DNA of 64,000 nt from Candidatus Eiseniibacteriota bacterium (lineage in GTDB: Bacteria; Eisenbacteria; RBG-16-71-46; CAZEPH01), in contig JBGATO010000002.1 of assembly GCA_044229145.1 (NCBI GenBank), positions 1 to 64,000 of the forward strand, written 5' to 3'. Shown one piece after another: positions 47,914 to 57,686 of the stretch; position 1 is the first letter of the stretch, and every line of letters begins with the position of its first letter. The notes under the pieces were generated by a model. The model made no database searches, was not told the DNA's origin, and saw only the letters and a list, made by a program, of their open reading frames with translations. The position numbers and the translations under genes are program-made.

Positions 47914-49007
47914 CGGCGACCGAGCGGCGGCGGCTGCATCTCGGCGGCATCGCGTGCGGGCTCGGCTCGGCGCTGTCGTTCGGCGCCAGCGCGCCGCTCG
48001 CCAAGCTGCTGCTGCCGCACGTCGGGCCGCTGACGATGGCGGCGCTGCTCTACGGCGGCGCGACGGTCGGCCTGCACCTCACGCAGCTGGTGGCATGGCT
48101 GGCGCGCGGCCGCACGCCGCCGGAGAACCCCGACACGCCGTTGCAGCGTCACGACTATCCCGTCCTGCTCGCGACCATCCTCGCCGGCGGAGTCGCCGGG
48201 CCGATCTTCCTCATGCTGGGCCTGCAGCGGGTGAGCGGCGTCACCGGATCGCTGCTGCTCAATCTGGAAGCGCCGTGCACCATCGGCATCGCGGTGCTGG
48301 TGTTCCGCGAGCATCTCGGCGTGCGGGCGCTGGGCGGCGCGCTGGCGATCCTGGCGGGCGCGGTGGCGCTCGGCGCGCGCAGCGCCGCACCCGGCGATGG
48401 CGCGCACACGACGCCGCTCGGCGTCGCCCTGGTGGCCGCCGCCTGCGTATCGTGGGCGATCGACAGCAACCTGTCGCAGAAGCTCTCGCTGCGCGATCCC
48501 TGGCACGTGACGCGGCTCAAGACGCTCGGCGCGGCTCTCGTCTCGACGGCGATCGCAGGGGCGGCGCGCGAGACGGCGCCGGAGTGGCGCTACGTGCCGT
48601 GGACGCTGGCGCTCGGCTACGTCAGCTACGGGCTCAGCATCATCCTGTACATCCGCGCGCTTCGCGGCATCGGCGCGGCACGGCAGGGCGCGATCTTCGC
48701 CACTGCGCCGTTCGCCGGCGCGCTGCTCGCGGTGCCGGTGCTCGGGGAGCGCGTCGGGCCGTTCGACCTCGCGGCGGGCGCGGCGATGGCGGCGGGTATC
48801 GCGCTGCTCGCCGGCGACCATCACGAGCACGAGCATGCGCACGACGCACTGGAACACGACCACCTCCACGTGCATGATGCGCACCATCAGCACGCCCACG
48901 CGGACGTGCCCGCGGGCGACGAGCCGCACGCGCATCCGCACACACACGTGCCGCTCACCCACGCGCATCCGCACGTGAGCGACGTGCACCATCGCCACGA
49001 TCACTGA
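47910..49007 (+). CDS. DMT/EamA transporter with His-rich C-terminal tail
   Basis: SLLLNLE, VFRE, LGER; tail HHEHEHAH...DVHHRHDH. Confidence 0.88.
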   Translation: MTATERRRLHLGGIACGLGSALSFGASAPLAKLLLPHVGPLTMAALLYGGATVGLHLTQLVAWLARGRTPPENPDTPLQRHDYPVLLATILAGGVAGPIFLMLGLQRVSGVTGSLLLNLEAPCTIGIAVLVFREHLGVRALGGALAILAGAVALGARSAAPGDGAHTTPLGVALVAAACVSWAIDSNLSQKLSLRDPWHVTRLKTLGAALVSTAIAGAARETAPEWRYVPWTLALGYVSYGLSIILYIRALRGIGAARQGAIFATAPFAGALLAVPVLGERVGPFDLAAGAAMAAGIALLAGDHHEHEHAHDALEHDHLHVHDAHHQHAHADVPAGDEPHAHPHTHVPLTHAHPHVSDVHHRHDH

Positions 49008-49033
49008 GCCGCGCCCGAAGGAGACCGTTCGCC

Positions 49034-49954
49034 GTGTCCGATCGTTTCGCCGTGAACCTGCGTCTTGGCCTGGCCGCGGCCGCCGTCGCGGCGTGCGCGT
49101 GCGTGTTCGCCGCGTGCTCATCGACCACCGAGCCGAAGATCAACCCGACGGTGATCGACACCTATCCGGCGTGGTCGCCGGACGGCCACACCATCGCGTT
49201 CACGCGGCGCAGCAGTGAGGTGTGGACGCTCGACGTGGCGAGCGGGGCGACGACCAAGATCGCCGCCGGCGTGCTGCCCGCGTGGTCGCCCGACGGGACG
49301 AAACTGGGCTACGTCAACGCCGGCCGCTACTACACGCGGGTGTGGGCCACCGGCGACACCAGCTCGGTGCAGATCAACGGCCGCTTCCCGACGCATGACG
49401 CGGACTGGAGCCGGCTCGCCTTCGGTCTCGGCAGCAACATCTCGGGCGACACGCTCAACGGCATCTGGTACATCGGCGACGGCGCCACCACGCCGCGGCT
49501 CCTGATGCGCGCCAACGACGTCTACCTGCCCGACGTATCGATGCTGGCCTGGGCGCCGAGCGACACCACGATCCTCTTCATGTCGCATGTCATCGAAGGC
49601 GCGGAGGAGATCTACCAGTTCCACCTGCGCGACTCGTCGGTGGTCCTGCTCACCTCGGGCGCGCTGGTCAACCGCGACCCCGCGTGGTCGCCCGACGGCC
49701 GCACGATCGCGTGGGCCCGGGCCTACGCCGGCGACACTAACCCCAACTCGGGCATTTGGTTGATGGACAAGGACGGCTACCAGCAGCGCTTGCTTACCAC
49801 CGGCGGGACGAAGGAGACGGTGGCGCTGTCGCCGGCGTGGTCGCCCGACGGAGCGCAGATCGTCTACTCCGGCTACAACGACGACAGCGACACGTTCACG
49901 CTGTGGGTGATCAGCACGGACGGGACGGGGAAGCGTCAGCTCACTCGCCCATAG
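49034..49954 (+). CDS. TolB-like PD40-repeat lipoprotein
   Basis: Lipobox FAAC; four PAWSPDG repeats. Confidence 0.85.
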   Translation: MSDRFAVNLRLGLAAAAVAACACVFAACSSTTEPKINPTVIDTYPAWSPDGHTIAFTRRSSEVWTLDVASGATTKIAAGVLPAWSPDGTKLGYVNAGRYYTRVWATGDTSSVQINGRFPTHDADWSRLAFGLGSNISGDTLNGIWYIGDGATTPRLLMRANDVYLPDVSMLAWAPSDTTILFMSHVIEGAEEIYQFHLRDSSVVLLTSGALVNRDPAWSPDGRTIAWARAYAGDTNPNSGIWLMDKDGYQQRLLTTGGTKETVALSPAWSPDGAQIVYSGYNDDSDTFTLWVISTDGTGKRQLTRP

Positions 49955-50077
49955 GGCTCGCTCTGGCTTAGCCCATTGAGGTAGACTTTAGGCGGCATCT
50001 CGTCCGTTCCGGTACTCGCATCGCCGCCCAGCCGGACCTGCCCTCCCGGCCCCCCATGTCCTCACCCGAGGCCCCTC

Positions 50078-53000
50078 ATGCACCCCTGTGTCCGCCACGG
50101 CCTCCGCGCCGCCGCCTTGCTGTGCGCTCTCGCGCTCGCCCCCGTCGCCCACGCCGCCACCTCGGGCGACTACCGCACCTACAACTCCGGCGACTGGTCC
50201 AACCAGGCCGTCTGGCAGAGGTACGACGGCTCGTCGTGGATCAACGTCTCGACCTCGCCGACCTCCGCCGACGGCGCGATCACGATCCGCGACAGCATCA
50301 CGGTCACCACCTCGGTGACCGTCGATCAAGTGACGGTGAACGCCGGCAGGCAGATCACGATCAAGCTCGGGAAGACGCTGACGCTCGCCGACGGCGCGGA
50401 CACCGACCTCACGATCAACGGCACCGTGCTCAACCAGGGCACGCTCGCGCTCACCGGCAGCGCGACCTGGGCGGTCAACGACGGCGGGACCTACATCCAC
50501 AACACCGTGTCGGCCGTCGCCACCTCGCTGGACGCGGCGACGCTCGGCGCCGCGAGCACGATCATCTACCGCGGCTCGGACACGCTCGATCCGCCGTCGA
50601 GTCTCGGCGGCCGCACGTACGGCCACTTGCGCTACGAGTCGACGTCCGGCGCGTGGTCGTTCAATCCGACGACGGGCCAGCCGATCACCATCCTCGGCGA
50701 CTTCTTCCTCGGCACCGGCGTGACCATGACCGCCGCGAATACCGGCGTCATGACTTTCGGCGGCAACTACACGATCGACGGCACGCTGACCAATAGCGGC
50801 GGCACGCAGAAGTACACGTTCACCGGTGCGGCGGCCACCGTCGCGGGCGCGGGCGCGATCACCTTCGAGCAGTTCAGCGTCCCGGCGGGCGCCGACCTCA
50901 CGCTGGCGGCGCCGGTGACGCTGGCGTCCGGCTTCACGGCGACGGTCGACGGCACGCTGGAGGCCAACGCGGCGCTCACGGCGAACAGCACGCCGCAGGT
51001 CAACGGGACGCTGCGCCTGAATGGCGGGTCGATCTCGAGCCAGCCGACCTATGGTGCGGCGTCGACGCTGGTGCTGAACGCGACCGGCGCCGTGGGGAAC
51101 GAGTGGGGTGACTCCGGCAGCACCGCCGGGCCGGGCGTGCCGCAGAACGTCAGCGTCCTCTCCGGGACCGCGACGATGCCGGCCGCCGCGCGCACCTGCC
51201 CCGGCACGCTGAGTCTCGACGGCGGGTCGCTCACGCTTGGCGGCGCCGACCTCACCGTGGGGCAATCGCTGGCCCTCACCAGCGGCGTGCTCGCCACCGG
51301 CGGCAACACCGTCATCCTCGCCAGCGGCGGCACGGTGACGCGCGGCACGGGCCAGGTGAACGGACTGCTGCGGAAGACGGTCCCCACCGGCGCGCCCAGC
51401 GTGACCTTCGAGATCGGCGACGGCGCGCGCTACACGCCGGTCAAACTCGACTTCGCCAGCGTGACCACCGCCGGTCCGGTGACGGCGGGCACCACGACCG
51501 GCGACAATCCCCAGCTCGCGACGTCGAAACTCGACGGCGCCAAGTCCGTGAACCGCTGGTGGACGCTCACGCCCGGCAGCTTCGTGTTCACCACCTGCGA
51601 TGCCAAGTTCACCTTCGACCCGGCGGATGTGGACGCCGGCGCCACTCCGGCGAACTTCATCGTCGGGCGATACGACTCCGCGGCGTGGAGCTACCCGGCT
51701 CTCGGCAACCTCACGACGACGAGCACGCAGGCCACCAACCTCACGGCCTTCGGCGATTTTGCCCTCGGGGAGACGATCGCGTTCACGATCACCGCCACGG
51801 CCGGCGCGAACGGCAGCATCAACCCCAGCGGCGCGGTCAGCGTGACCTACGGCAACAACAAGAATTTCACGATAGCGCCCAACCCCTCGTACTACGTGGA
51901 AGACGTGCTGGTGGATGGCGTGAGCGTCGGGGCGGTGGACAGCTACAAGTTCTTCGACGTGCGGGCCAACCACACCATCGCCGTGTCGTTCGCGCTAGGA
52001 ACGCTGGCGTATCGCTCGGCGGCATCGGGCAACTGGAACAGCCCGACGACATGGGAGGTGTTTGACGGCGCGGCGTGGGTCGCGGCCAGCGCGCTTCCCG
52101 ATCCGTCGCTGGCCGGCCCGATCACCATCCGCAGCCCGCACGTCGTCACCTGCACGGACTCGCAGACGGTCGACGAACTCACGGTAGATGCCGGCGCGAC
52201 CCTCACCGTGAACGAAGGGGAGGCAGTCGCGGTGCAGGACGGCCCGGGGACCGACTTGGTATTGAACGGCACCCTCCACAGCATGGGCACATGCTACATG
52301 GCCTTCACCTCAAACGGCGAGGTGAACGACGGCGGCAACTACATTATCTATGCGGCATCAAACGGCCAATTAGCCAACCTAGTACTCTCGGTCCACAGCA
52401 CCGTTACCTATCGTACGGAAGATGGTGTCGGTCCCTTCCATGGGGACATGACGAGCTACGGAAACCTCGTGATTGACGGGACAGGGGTCGTGGGATTTCA
52501 GGGTAACTTGGATCTCACCGTCAGAGGAGACTGCCTGATATTGGGGGCCTCGATGCATGTCACGGCAACGGGGACGCTTCGCTTCGCCGGGGACGTCACA
52601 TGCCTATCGGGTTACTTCGATCTCGATCAGAACGATGAAGAAGGTCACACCCAGATTTGCGAGTTCACGGGCGTGGGGAAGACGGTCAGCGGCTCGTTCC
52701 CCCAAATGGAGCAGGTCAAGATCCCCACCGGGGCCGACATCACAATCGAGGGCCAGTTTGTCTTCCTTCCGGGATTCGAGTCCTCCATCGACGGCACTCT
52801 GCGCGCCCAAGGGGGGGACATCACCGCAGATGGGACGGTGCGGGTCAAGGGCACCGTGCGGCTCGCGGGCGGTCCAGGTAAAGTGAAAGGGACTGGATCA
52901 TTCTCGTACACCGCCGGTGCGACGCTGATTTACGATGGCGATGTCACGATGGACGCCGTCTCGTGGCCCTCTGCAAATGGCCCTACCAAGGTGACCGTCA

Positions 53001-54151
53001 GCAGCGGCGCAAAACTCAACATGGGCGCAGCCGCGCGAACGGTGAGCGGGACATTCCGGACGGCGGGGATTGTGAAGGGCAACTCGGGTGCGCTCACACT
53101 CCCCGGCGTGACGCAGATCGATCCCGGCGGCTCCTTTAACTTCACGCCGACGTACACCACGGGCTCGACACTTGTGTACAACAGTTCGGCGACCGTCGGC
53201 TCCGAGTGGAAGGCTGGCTCGGTCGCCGGCCTCGGCGTACCACAAAACGTCACCATCCAGCCGGGCGTGGGCGCCGCCGTCTCGCTGCCCGCCACCGATC
53301 GCACCTGTCCGGGCACGCTGACGTTGACCAACGGCACGCTGGCGACGGGCAACGTGACGATGATCGCCGCCGGATCCGTCGTGCGCACCGGTGGCTGGGT
53401 GAATGGCCGCTTGCAGAAGCCTGTGGCGGCGGGTGCCGTGTCGCAGGTGTTCGCGATCGGCGACTCGACCCGCTACGCGCCGGTCCAGGTGAACTACACG
53501 TCGGTCTCGGTGGGCGGCACGGTGACCGCGTCGACGACGGCGGGCGATCACCCGAGCATCGCCAGCTCGCCGCTCAACCCGGCGAAGACGGCGAACCGCG
53601 TGTGGACGCTGACCAACGTGGGGACGGTGTTCGACTCGGCGGCGGTGACGGTCACCTTCGACCCGCTCGACGTGGACGCGGGGGCCGACCCGGCGGTGTT
53701 CCTCGTGGGGCGATTCACCGCGCCCTCGACGTGGACCGCGCCGGCCGTCGGCGCACGCACCGCGACGAGCACGCAGGCGACGGGGCTCACGGCGTTCGGC
53801 GACTTTGCCGTGGGCGAGGCTCCGGCGCCGGTGGCGGTCGGTGACCCGTGGCTGGTGAGCACGGCGATCCCGGCGGCGACGGCGCTGTTGCCTGCTGCAC
53901 CGAACCCGGCGCATGGAGTCGCGCACCTGCGCTTCGCCTTGCACGAGCGCGGACCGGTGCGCCTGGCCGTGTACGACATCCGCGGGCGTCTCGTGCGCAC
54001 GCTGCTGCGCGCCGACGCGATCGCCGGCACGCACGGCCTCGTGTGGGACACGCGTGACGCGAGCGGTCACGCGGTGGGCGCGGGGCTGTACCTGCTGCGG
54101 CTCGAGACGGGCGGACGCGCCGTCACCGGCCGCTTGCAGATCGTGCGCTAG
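50078..54151 (+). CDS. Large secreted beta-rich protein: duplicated ~550-aa module, InlB-B-like repeat, FlgD-like C-terminal domain
   Basis: Signal peptide; YRT..SGDW and YRS..SGNW module starts; two T...T.LTAFGDFA.GE ends; TITATAGANGSINPSG; PNP...YDIRGRLVR...WD...GLY. Confidence 0.85.
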   Translation: MHPCVRHGLRAAALLCALALAPVAHAATSGDYRTYNSGDWSNQAVWQRYDGSSWINVSTSPTSADGAITIRDSITVTTSVTVDQVTVNAGRQITIKLGKTLTLADGADTDLTINGTVLNQGTLALTGSATWAVNDGGTYIHNTVSAVATSLDAATLGAASTIIYRGSDTLDPPSSLGGRTYGHLRYESTSGAWSFNPTTGQPITILGDFFLGTGVTMTAANTGVMTFGGNYTIDGTLTNSGGTQKYTFTGAAATVAGAGAITFEQFSVPAGADLTLAAPVTLASGFTATVDGTLEANAALTANSTPQVNGTLRLNGGSISSQPTYGAASTLVLNATGAVGNEWGDSGSTAGPGVPQNVSVLSGTATMPAAARTCPGTLSLDGGSLTLGGADLTVGQSLALTSGVLATGGNTVILASGGTVTRGTGQVNGLLRKTVPTGAPSVTFEIGDGARYTPVKLDFASVTTAGPVTAGTTTGDNPQLATSKLDGAKSVNRWWTLTPGSFVFTTCDAKFTFDPADVDAGATPANFIVGRYDSAAWSYPALGNLTTTSTQATNLTAFGDFALGETIAFTITATAGANGSINPSGAVSVTYGNNKNFTIAPNPSYYVEDVLVDGVSVGAVDSYKFFDVRANHTIAVSFALGTLAYRSAASGNWNSPTTWEVFDGAAWVAASALPDPSLAGPITIRSPHVVTCTDSQTVDELTVDAGATLTVNEGEAVAVQDGPGTDLVLNGTLHSMGTCYMAFTSNGEVNDGGNYIIYAASNGQLANLVLSVHSTVTYRTEDGVGPFHGDMTSYGNLVIDGTGVVGFQGNLDLTVRGDCLILGASMHVTATGTLRFAGDVTCLSGYFDLDQNDEEGHTQICEFTGVGKTVSGSFPQMEQVKIPTGADITIEGQFVFLPGFESSIDGTLRAQGGDITADGTVRVKGTVRLAGGPGKVKGTGSFSYTAGATLIYDGDVTMDAVSWPSANGPTKVTVSSGAKLNMGAAARTVSGTFRTAGIVKGNSGALTLPGVTQIDPGGSFNFTPTYTTGSTLVYNSSATVGSEWKAGSVAGLGVPQNVTIQPGVGAAVSLPATDRTCPGTLTLTNGTLATGNVTMIAAGSVVRTGGWVNGRLQKPVAAGAVSQVFAIGDSTRYAPVQVNYTSVSVGGTVTASTTAGDHPSIASSPLNPAKTANRVWTLTNVGTVFDSAAVTVTFDPLDVDAGADPAVFLVGRFTAPSTWTAPAVGARTATSTQATGLTAFGDFAVGEAPAPVAVGDPWLVSTAIPAATALLPAAPNPAHGVAHLRFALHERGPVRLAVYDIRGRLVRTLLRADAIAGTHGLVWDTRDASGHAVGAGLYLLRLETGGRAVTGRLQIVR

Positions 54152-54187
54152 ACCTCCGGCGCGGAGTGGCGGCTCGTCGCCGGGCCG

Positions 54188-55303
54188 CTACTCTGCCGCC
54201 GCGAACCCATACGCCGACGCGTGCTGCAGCGGCGGCAACGCCTCGCGCGGCAACAGCAGCGTCCGCACCGCCCACAGCTCCGTGAAGATGCGGTATTTCG
54301 CCGTCGCGTCCAGGTAATCCACGCCGCTCGACCCGCCGGTGCCCATGCGCCGTCCGATCGTGCGTTCGACCATGCGGGCGTGGCGGGTCCGCCACAGCAC
54401 CATGAGTTCCTCGAGTTCGACGATGGTGTCGATCAGAAGCCGCGGCCAGGCGAGCAGCGGCAGTTCGCGGTACGACTCGATGAACAGCAGCCCGGCGCGC
54501 GTGCGGCGGACCTGCGGCCGTGCGGCGGCGTCCTCGACGTCTTCGGCGAACAGGAAGCGGCGCGCCGCCTCCTCGGCGGCGCCGAACTGCGCGGTGAGGT
54601 GCGCCGTTTCGTGACCTTGCTTCGGGGCGAAGTCGCGCGACTGCCGCGCGTGCAGCGTGTGCTGCGCGGCGAGGTACGCCTCGAGGAACGCCACCACGCG
54701 TGCGTCGTCGCCGGGATCGTCCGGGTGCGATCCGTCGATCGGCGTGCGGTACAGCCACGCGTGCAGCGTCGCGCGCAGGCTCGGCTCGGCCTGGGCGCGC
54801 TCGATGGCGGCCCACGCCTTGGCACCGCCTGGCGAGGCGGCGGCCAAACGGCGGATTGGCGCCAGCGGATCGCCGCCGCCTTCGCTGTGCCGCTGCGTGT
54901 CCGACAGCCCGAGCAGCAACTCGATCTCGCGCATCTGGTACGACTGGAAGCCCGACGCCGGCACCAACTTGTCGCGGAAGGCGAGGAAGTCCTGCGGCGT
55001 CAGCGTCTCCATGACGCGGAACTGGTCGATCGCCAGCTCGAAGATGGTGCCGACGCGGCGCAGGTGATGCACCACCCACGGCACCGTCTCCTCCGGCACC
55101 TTCGGCTCGCCCAAGCGGTCGCGCGCCAGCCGCAGCTCGCGCAGCACCAGCTTGAACCACAGCTCGAAGACTTGATGCACGACGATGAAGTGGAGTTCGT
55201 CGGAGAGCAGTGCCGTGTCGTCGTCGTCGAGGCCGTTCTGCAGTGCGAGCAGGCGGTCGAGCGCGAGGTAGTCCCAGTAGGTCGGTGGGGCGGACGAGGA
55301 CAT
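54188..55303 (-). CDS. kynA: Tryptophan 2,3-dioxygenase
   Basis: YWDYL, ELHFIVVHQVFELWFK, ASGFQS, GTGGSSGVDYL. Confidence 0.93.
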   Translation of the reverse strand: MSSSAPPTYWDYLALDRLLALQNGLDDDDTALLSDELHFIVVHQVFELWFKLVLRELRLARDRLGEPKVPEETVPWVVHHLRRVGTIFELAIDQFRVMETLTPQDFLAFRDKLVPASGFQSYQMREIELLLGLSDTQRHSEGGGDPLAPIRRLAAASPGGAKAWAAIERAQAEPSLRATLHAWLYRTPIDGSHPDDPGDDARVVAFLEAYLAAQHTLHARQSRDFAPKQGHETAHLTAQFGAAEEAARRFLFAEDVEDAAARPQVRRTRAGLLFIESYRELPLLAWPRLLIDTIVELEELMVLWRTRHARMVERTIGRRMGTGGSSGVDYLDATAKYRIFTELWAVRTLLLPREALPPLQHASAYGFAAAE

Positions 55304-55368
55304 GGCGAGATCTCCGGACGGCGCGGGCGAGGCTTGTCGGCGCGCATTACACCGCGCACACTGCGCCC

Positions 55369-56244
55369 ATGTCCAGCCTGCCGGCGCTCCGCCCGCGCAC
55401 CGCGCTCGAATGGAAGCGCTTCTATGCCGCCGAGCGCGCCACGCTCGGCGCCGAGGGGCTGCTGCGGCTCGTCGACGAGGCGCCGCCTTGCGAGTTGCCG
55501 CGTGGCGGCGCATTGGTGTTTCCGCACACGCGGCTCGCGCACAGCGGCGTGGTGACAGCGGCGGCGGCGAAGGCGGTGATCGCGTCGGGTGTGGGAACGG
55601 TGCTGGCGCTCGGCGTGCTGCACGGCGGGCGGGAGTGCGATGCGGAGCGCGTCGCCGCCGCGCGGGCGGGCGATGTCGCGGCCCGCGCGGCGTTGCGGCG
55701 CGTGCACGGGCCTGGCGCTGACGGGGACGATGGCGTCTGGGCCGAAGAGTTCTCGCTCGCCAATTTCCTGGTGCTGCTCCGCGCTGCGGCGTGGCGCGCG
55801 GGACAGCACCCGCCCCTCGTCGTCACACGCTATCCGTTCCTCACGGGCGACGATCCCGAATCCGTGCCGGGATTCGACGAGCTGCGACGCCTGCGCGACG
55901 GCGGCGCCGCACTCGTCGCCACGGCCGACGCGATCCACCACGGCGTCGGCTACGGCACGCCGGAGAATGAACAGCGGCGCCGCGTGGACGCGGCGACCTT
56001 CGCCTGGGCGACCCACCGGCTCTCGACGCACCACGGTCTGATCGCCCGCCGCGACTACGCCGAATTTCAGATCGACGCGGCGCGGTTGCGCTCGGACTTC
56101 CGCGACAACGGTCCGGTGCTCGGCGCGCTGCTCGGCGGCGCTACGTCGTCCCTGCGCCAGTTGCGACTGGTCAACTACGCCGACGTCTTCGCCTGTGCCG
56201 AGCCCACGTGGGTCGCGGCCGCGCTCGTCGCCTACTCCGTGTAA
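55369..56244 (+). CDS. Hypothetical protein, possible MEMO1/LigB-like fold
   Basis: VFPH-x5-SG, LGVLH, EEFSL, ATADAIHHG resemble MEMO motifs. Confidence 0.55.
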   Translation: MSSLPALRPRTALEWKRFYAAERATLGAEGLLRLVDEAPPCELPRGGALVFPHTRLAHSGVVTAAAAKAVIASGVGTVLALGVLHGGRECDAERVAAARAGDVAARAALRRVHGPGADGDDGVWAEEFSLANFLVLLRAAAWRAGQHPPLVVTRYPFLTGDDPESVPGFDELRRLRDGGAALVATADAIHHGVGYGTPENEQRRRVDAATFAWATHRLSTHHGLIARRDYAEFQIDAARLRSDFRDNGPVLGALLGGATSSLRQLRLVNYADVFACAEPTWVAAALVAYSV

Positions 56245-56678
56245 CTGCGCCGCCGGCGCCACTCCATGTACTTCTCCGGCTCGGCGAGCGCGGTGTAGCC
56301 GATCTTCGCGTACAGCGGATGCGCGTCGCGCGTCACCAACACCCAGCGGCGGAAGCCTTGCAACGCTTCGTGATCGTGCACCACGCGCATCATCCACTCG
56401 GCCAGCCCGCGGCCGCGGAACTCCTCGAGCACGTACACGTCGGCGAGATAGCCGAAGGTCGCGAAGTCGGTGATGACGCGGCAAAAGCCGATCTGCCGTT
56501 CGCCGTCGCCCTCGGCGACGTAGAGCCCGAACGGCATCGAGTGCGCGATGCCGAGCGCCAGCGTCTCGAACGGAATCCCCGGCGACCAGTACGACCCGAC
56601 GAGGTAGTCGTGGATCGCCTGCAGGTCGAGCCGGTCCGGATCGTCGCTCAGCGTGAATGCGTCGCGGGTCCACTCCAT
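56232..56678 (-). CDS. GNAT N-acetyltransferase
   Basis: SYWS, IGFCRVITD, DVYV..EFRGRGL, DAHPLY. Confidence 0.88.
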   Translation of the reverse strand: MEWTRDAFTLSDDPDRLDLQAIHDYLVGSYWSPGIPFETLALGIAHSMPFGLYVAEGDGERQIGFCRVITDFATFGYLADVYVLEEFRGRGLAEWMMRVVHDHEALQGFRRWVLVTRDAHPLYAKIGYTALAEPEKYMEWRRRRSYTE

Positions 56679-56680
56679 CG

Positions 56681-57604
56681 TCACGCCTCCCGACGCGTCG
56701 GCCGCCGCGCCGACGTCGTGATGAGCACCACCGCCGCGATCACCAGCGCGCTGGCGATCCAATGCCGCGTCGTCAGTTGCTCGCCGCCGAGCGACCAGCC
56801 GAGCAGCACGGCCACCACCGGATTGATGTATGCGTAGGTCGAGGCGCGCGCCGGACTCACGTGCTTGAGCAGCCAGATGTATGCGGTGAATGCCACCAGC
56901 GAGCCGAACACGATGAGATAGGCGAGCGACAACCACGCGCGCGTCGTCACCGTCGCCGGATGGAATGCGGGCCACTGATGCGTCGCCGCCGCCATCAGCG
57001 CGAGGCCGGCGCCGCCGGCGAGCATCTCCATCGCCGTGCCCATCGCCGCCGACTGCGGCAGCGGCGCCTGCCGCGCATACAGCGAGCCCGACGCCCAGCC
57101 CATCGCGCCGATCAAGATCGCCACCGTGCCGACGAGATCGAGCGGTTCGCCCGGCAAGATGCTCGACGGGCCGATGAGCCACGCCACACCCGCGAGGCCG
57201 ACGAGCAGCCCGAGGATGGTCCCGCCGTGCGGCCGTTGCTTGGTGATGAACGCCCATTCGAGCACCGTCACGTAGATCGGCGTGATGCCGATCAGCACCG
57301 CCGCGAGGCCGCTCGGAATGCGTGTCTCGGCGAACACCACGCCGCCGTGCGACATGCACAACATGCCGACGCCGATGAGCGCCGCGCTGCGCCACTCGAT
57401 GCGCCGCGGCCACGGTGCGCCGGTCGCCTTCGCCCACACCAGCATCGCCCCGCCGGCCATCAGGAACCGCAGTGCCGCCATCACGAATGGCGGCAGCGAT
57501 TCGAGCGCGAAGCGGATCGCCAGATAGGTCGATCCCCAAATCACGTACACCGCCGCGAACGCGGCGACGAGCGGGAGCAACGCGGGACGGGACGAGGTGG
57601 GCAT
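56681..57604 (-). CDS. EamA/DMT transporter (YedA-like)
   Basis: YVIWGSTY, FGSLVAFTAY, YAYINPVVAV. Confidence 0.9.
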   Translation of the reverse strand: MPTSSRPALLPLVAAFAAVYVIWGSTYLAIRFALESLPPFVMAALRFLMAGGAMLVWAKATGAPWPRRIEWRSAALIGVGMLCMSHGGVVFAETRIPSGLAAVLIGITPIYVTVLEWAFITKQRPHGGTILGLLVGLAGVAWLIGPSSILPGEPLDLVGTVAILIGAMGWASGSLYARQAPLPQSAAMGTAMEMLAGGAGLALMAAATHQWPAFHPATVTTRAWLSLAYLIVFGSLVAFTAYIWLLKHVSPARASTYAYINPVVAVLLGWSLGGEQLTTRHWIASALVIAAVVLITTSARRPTRREA

Positions 57605-57686
57605 CGGGCGAGTGTGCGGAGGCGCGGCGGGGGAGGCGAGGTCCAAAGCGGGAGGGTGACGTCGCGGCGCCAAAATCGTGTATTGC

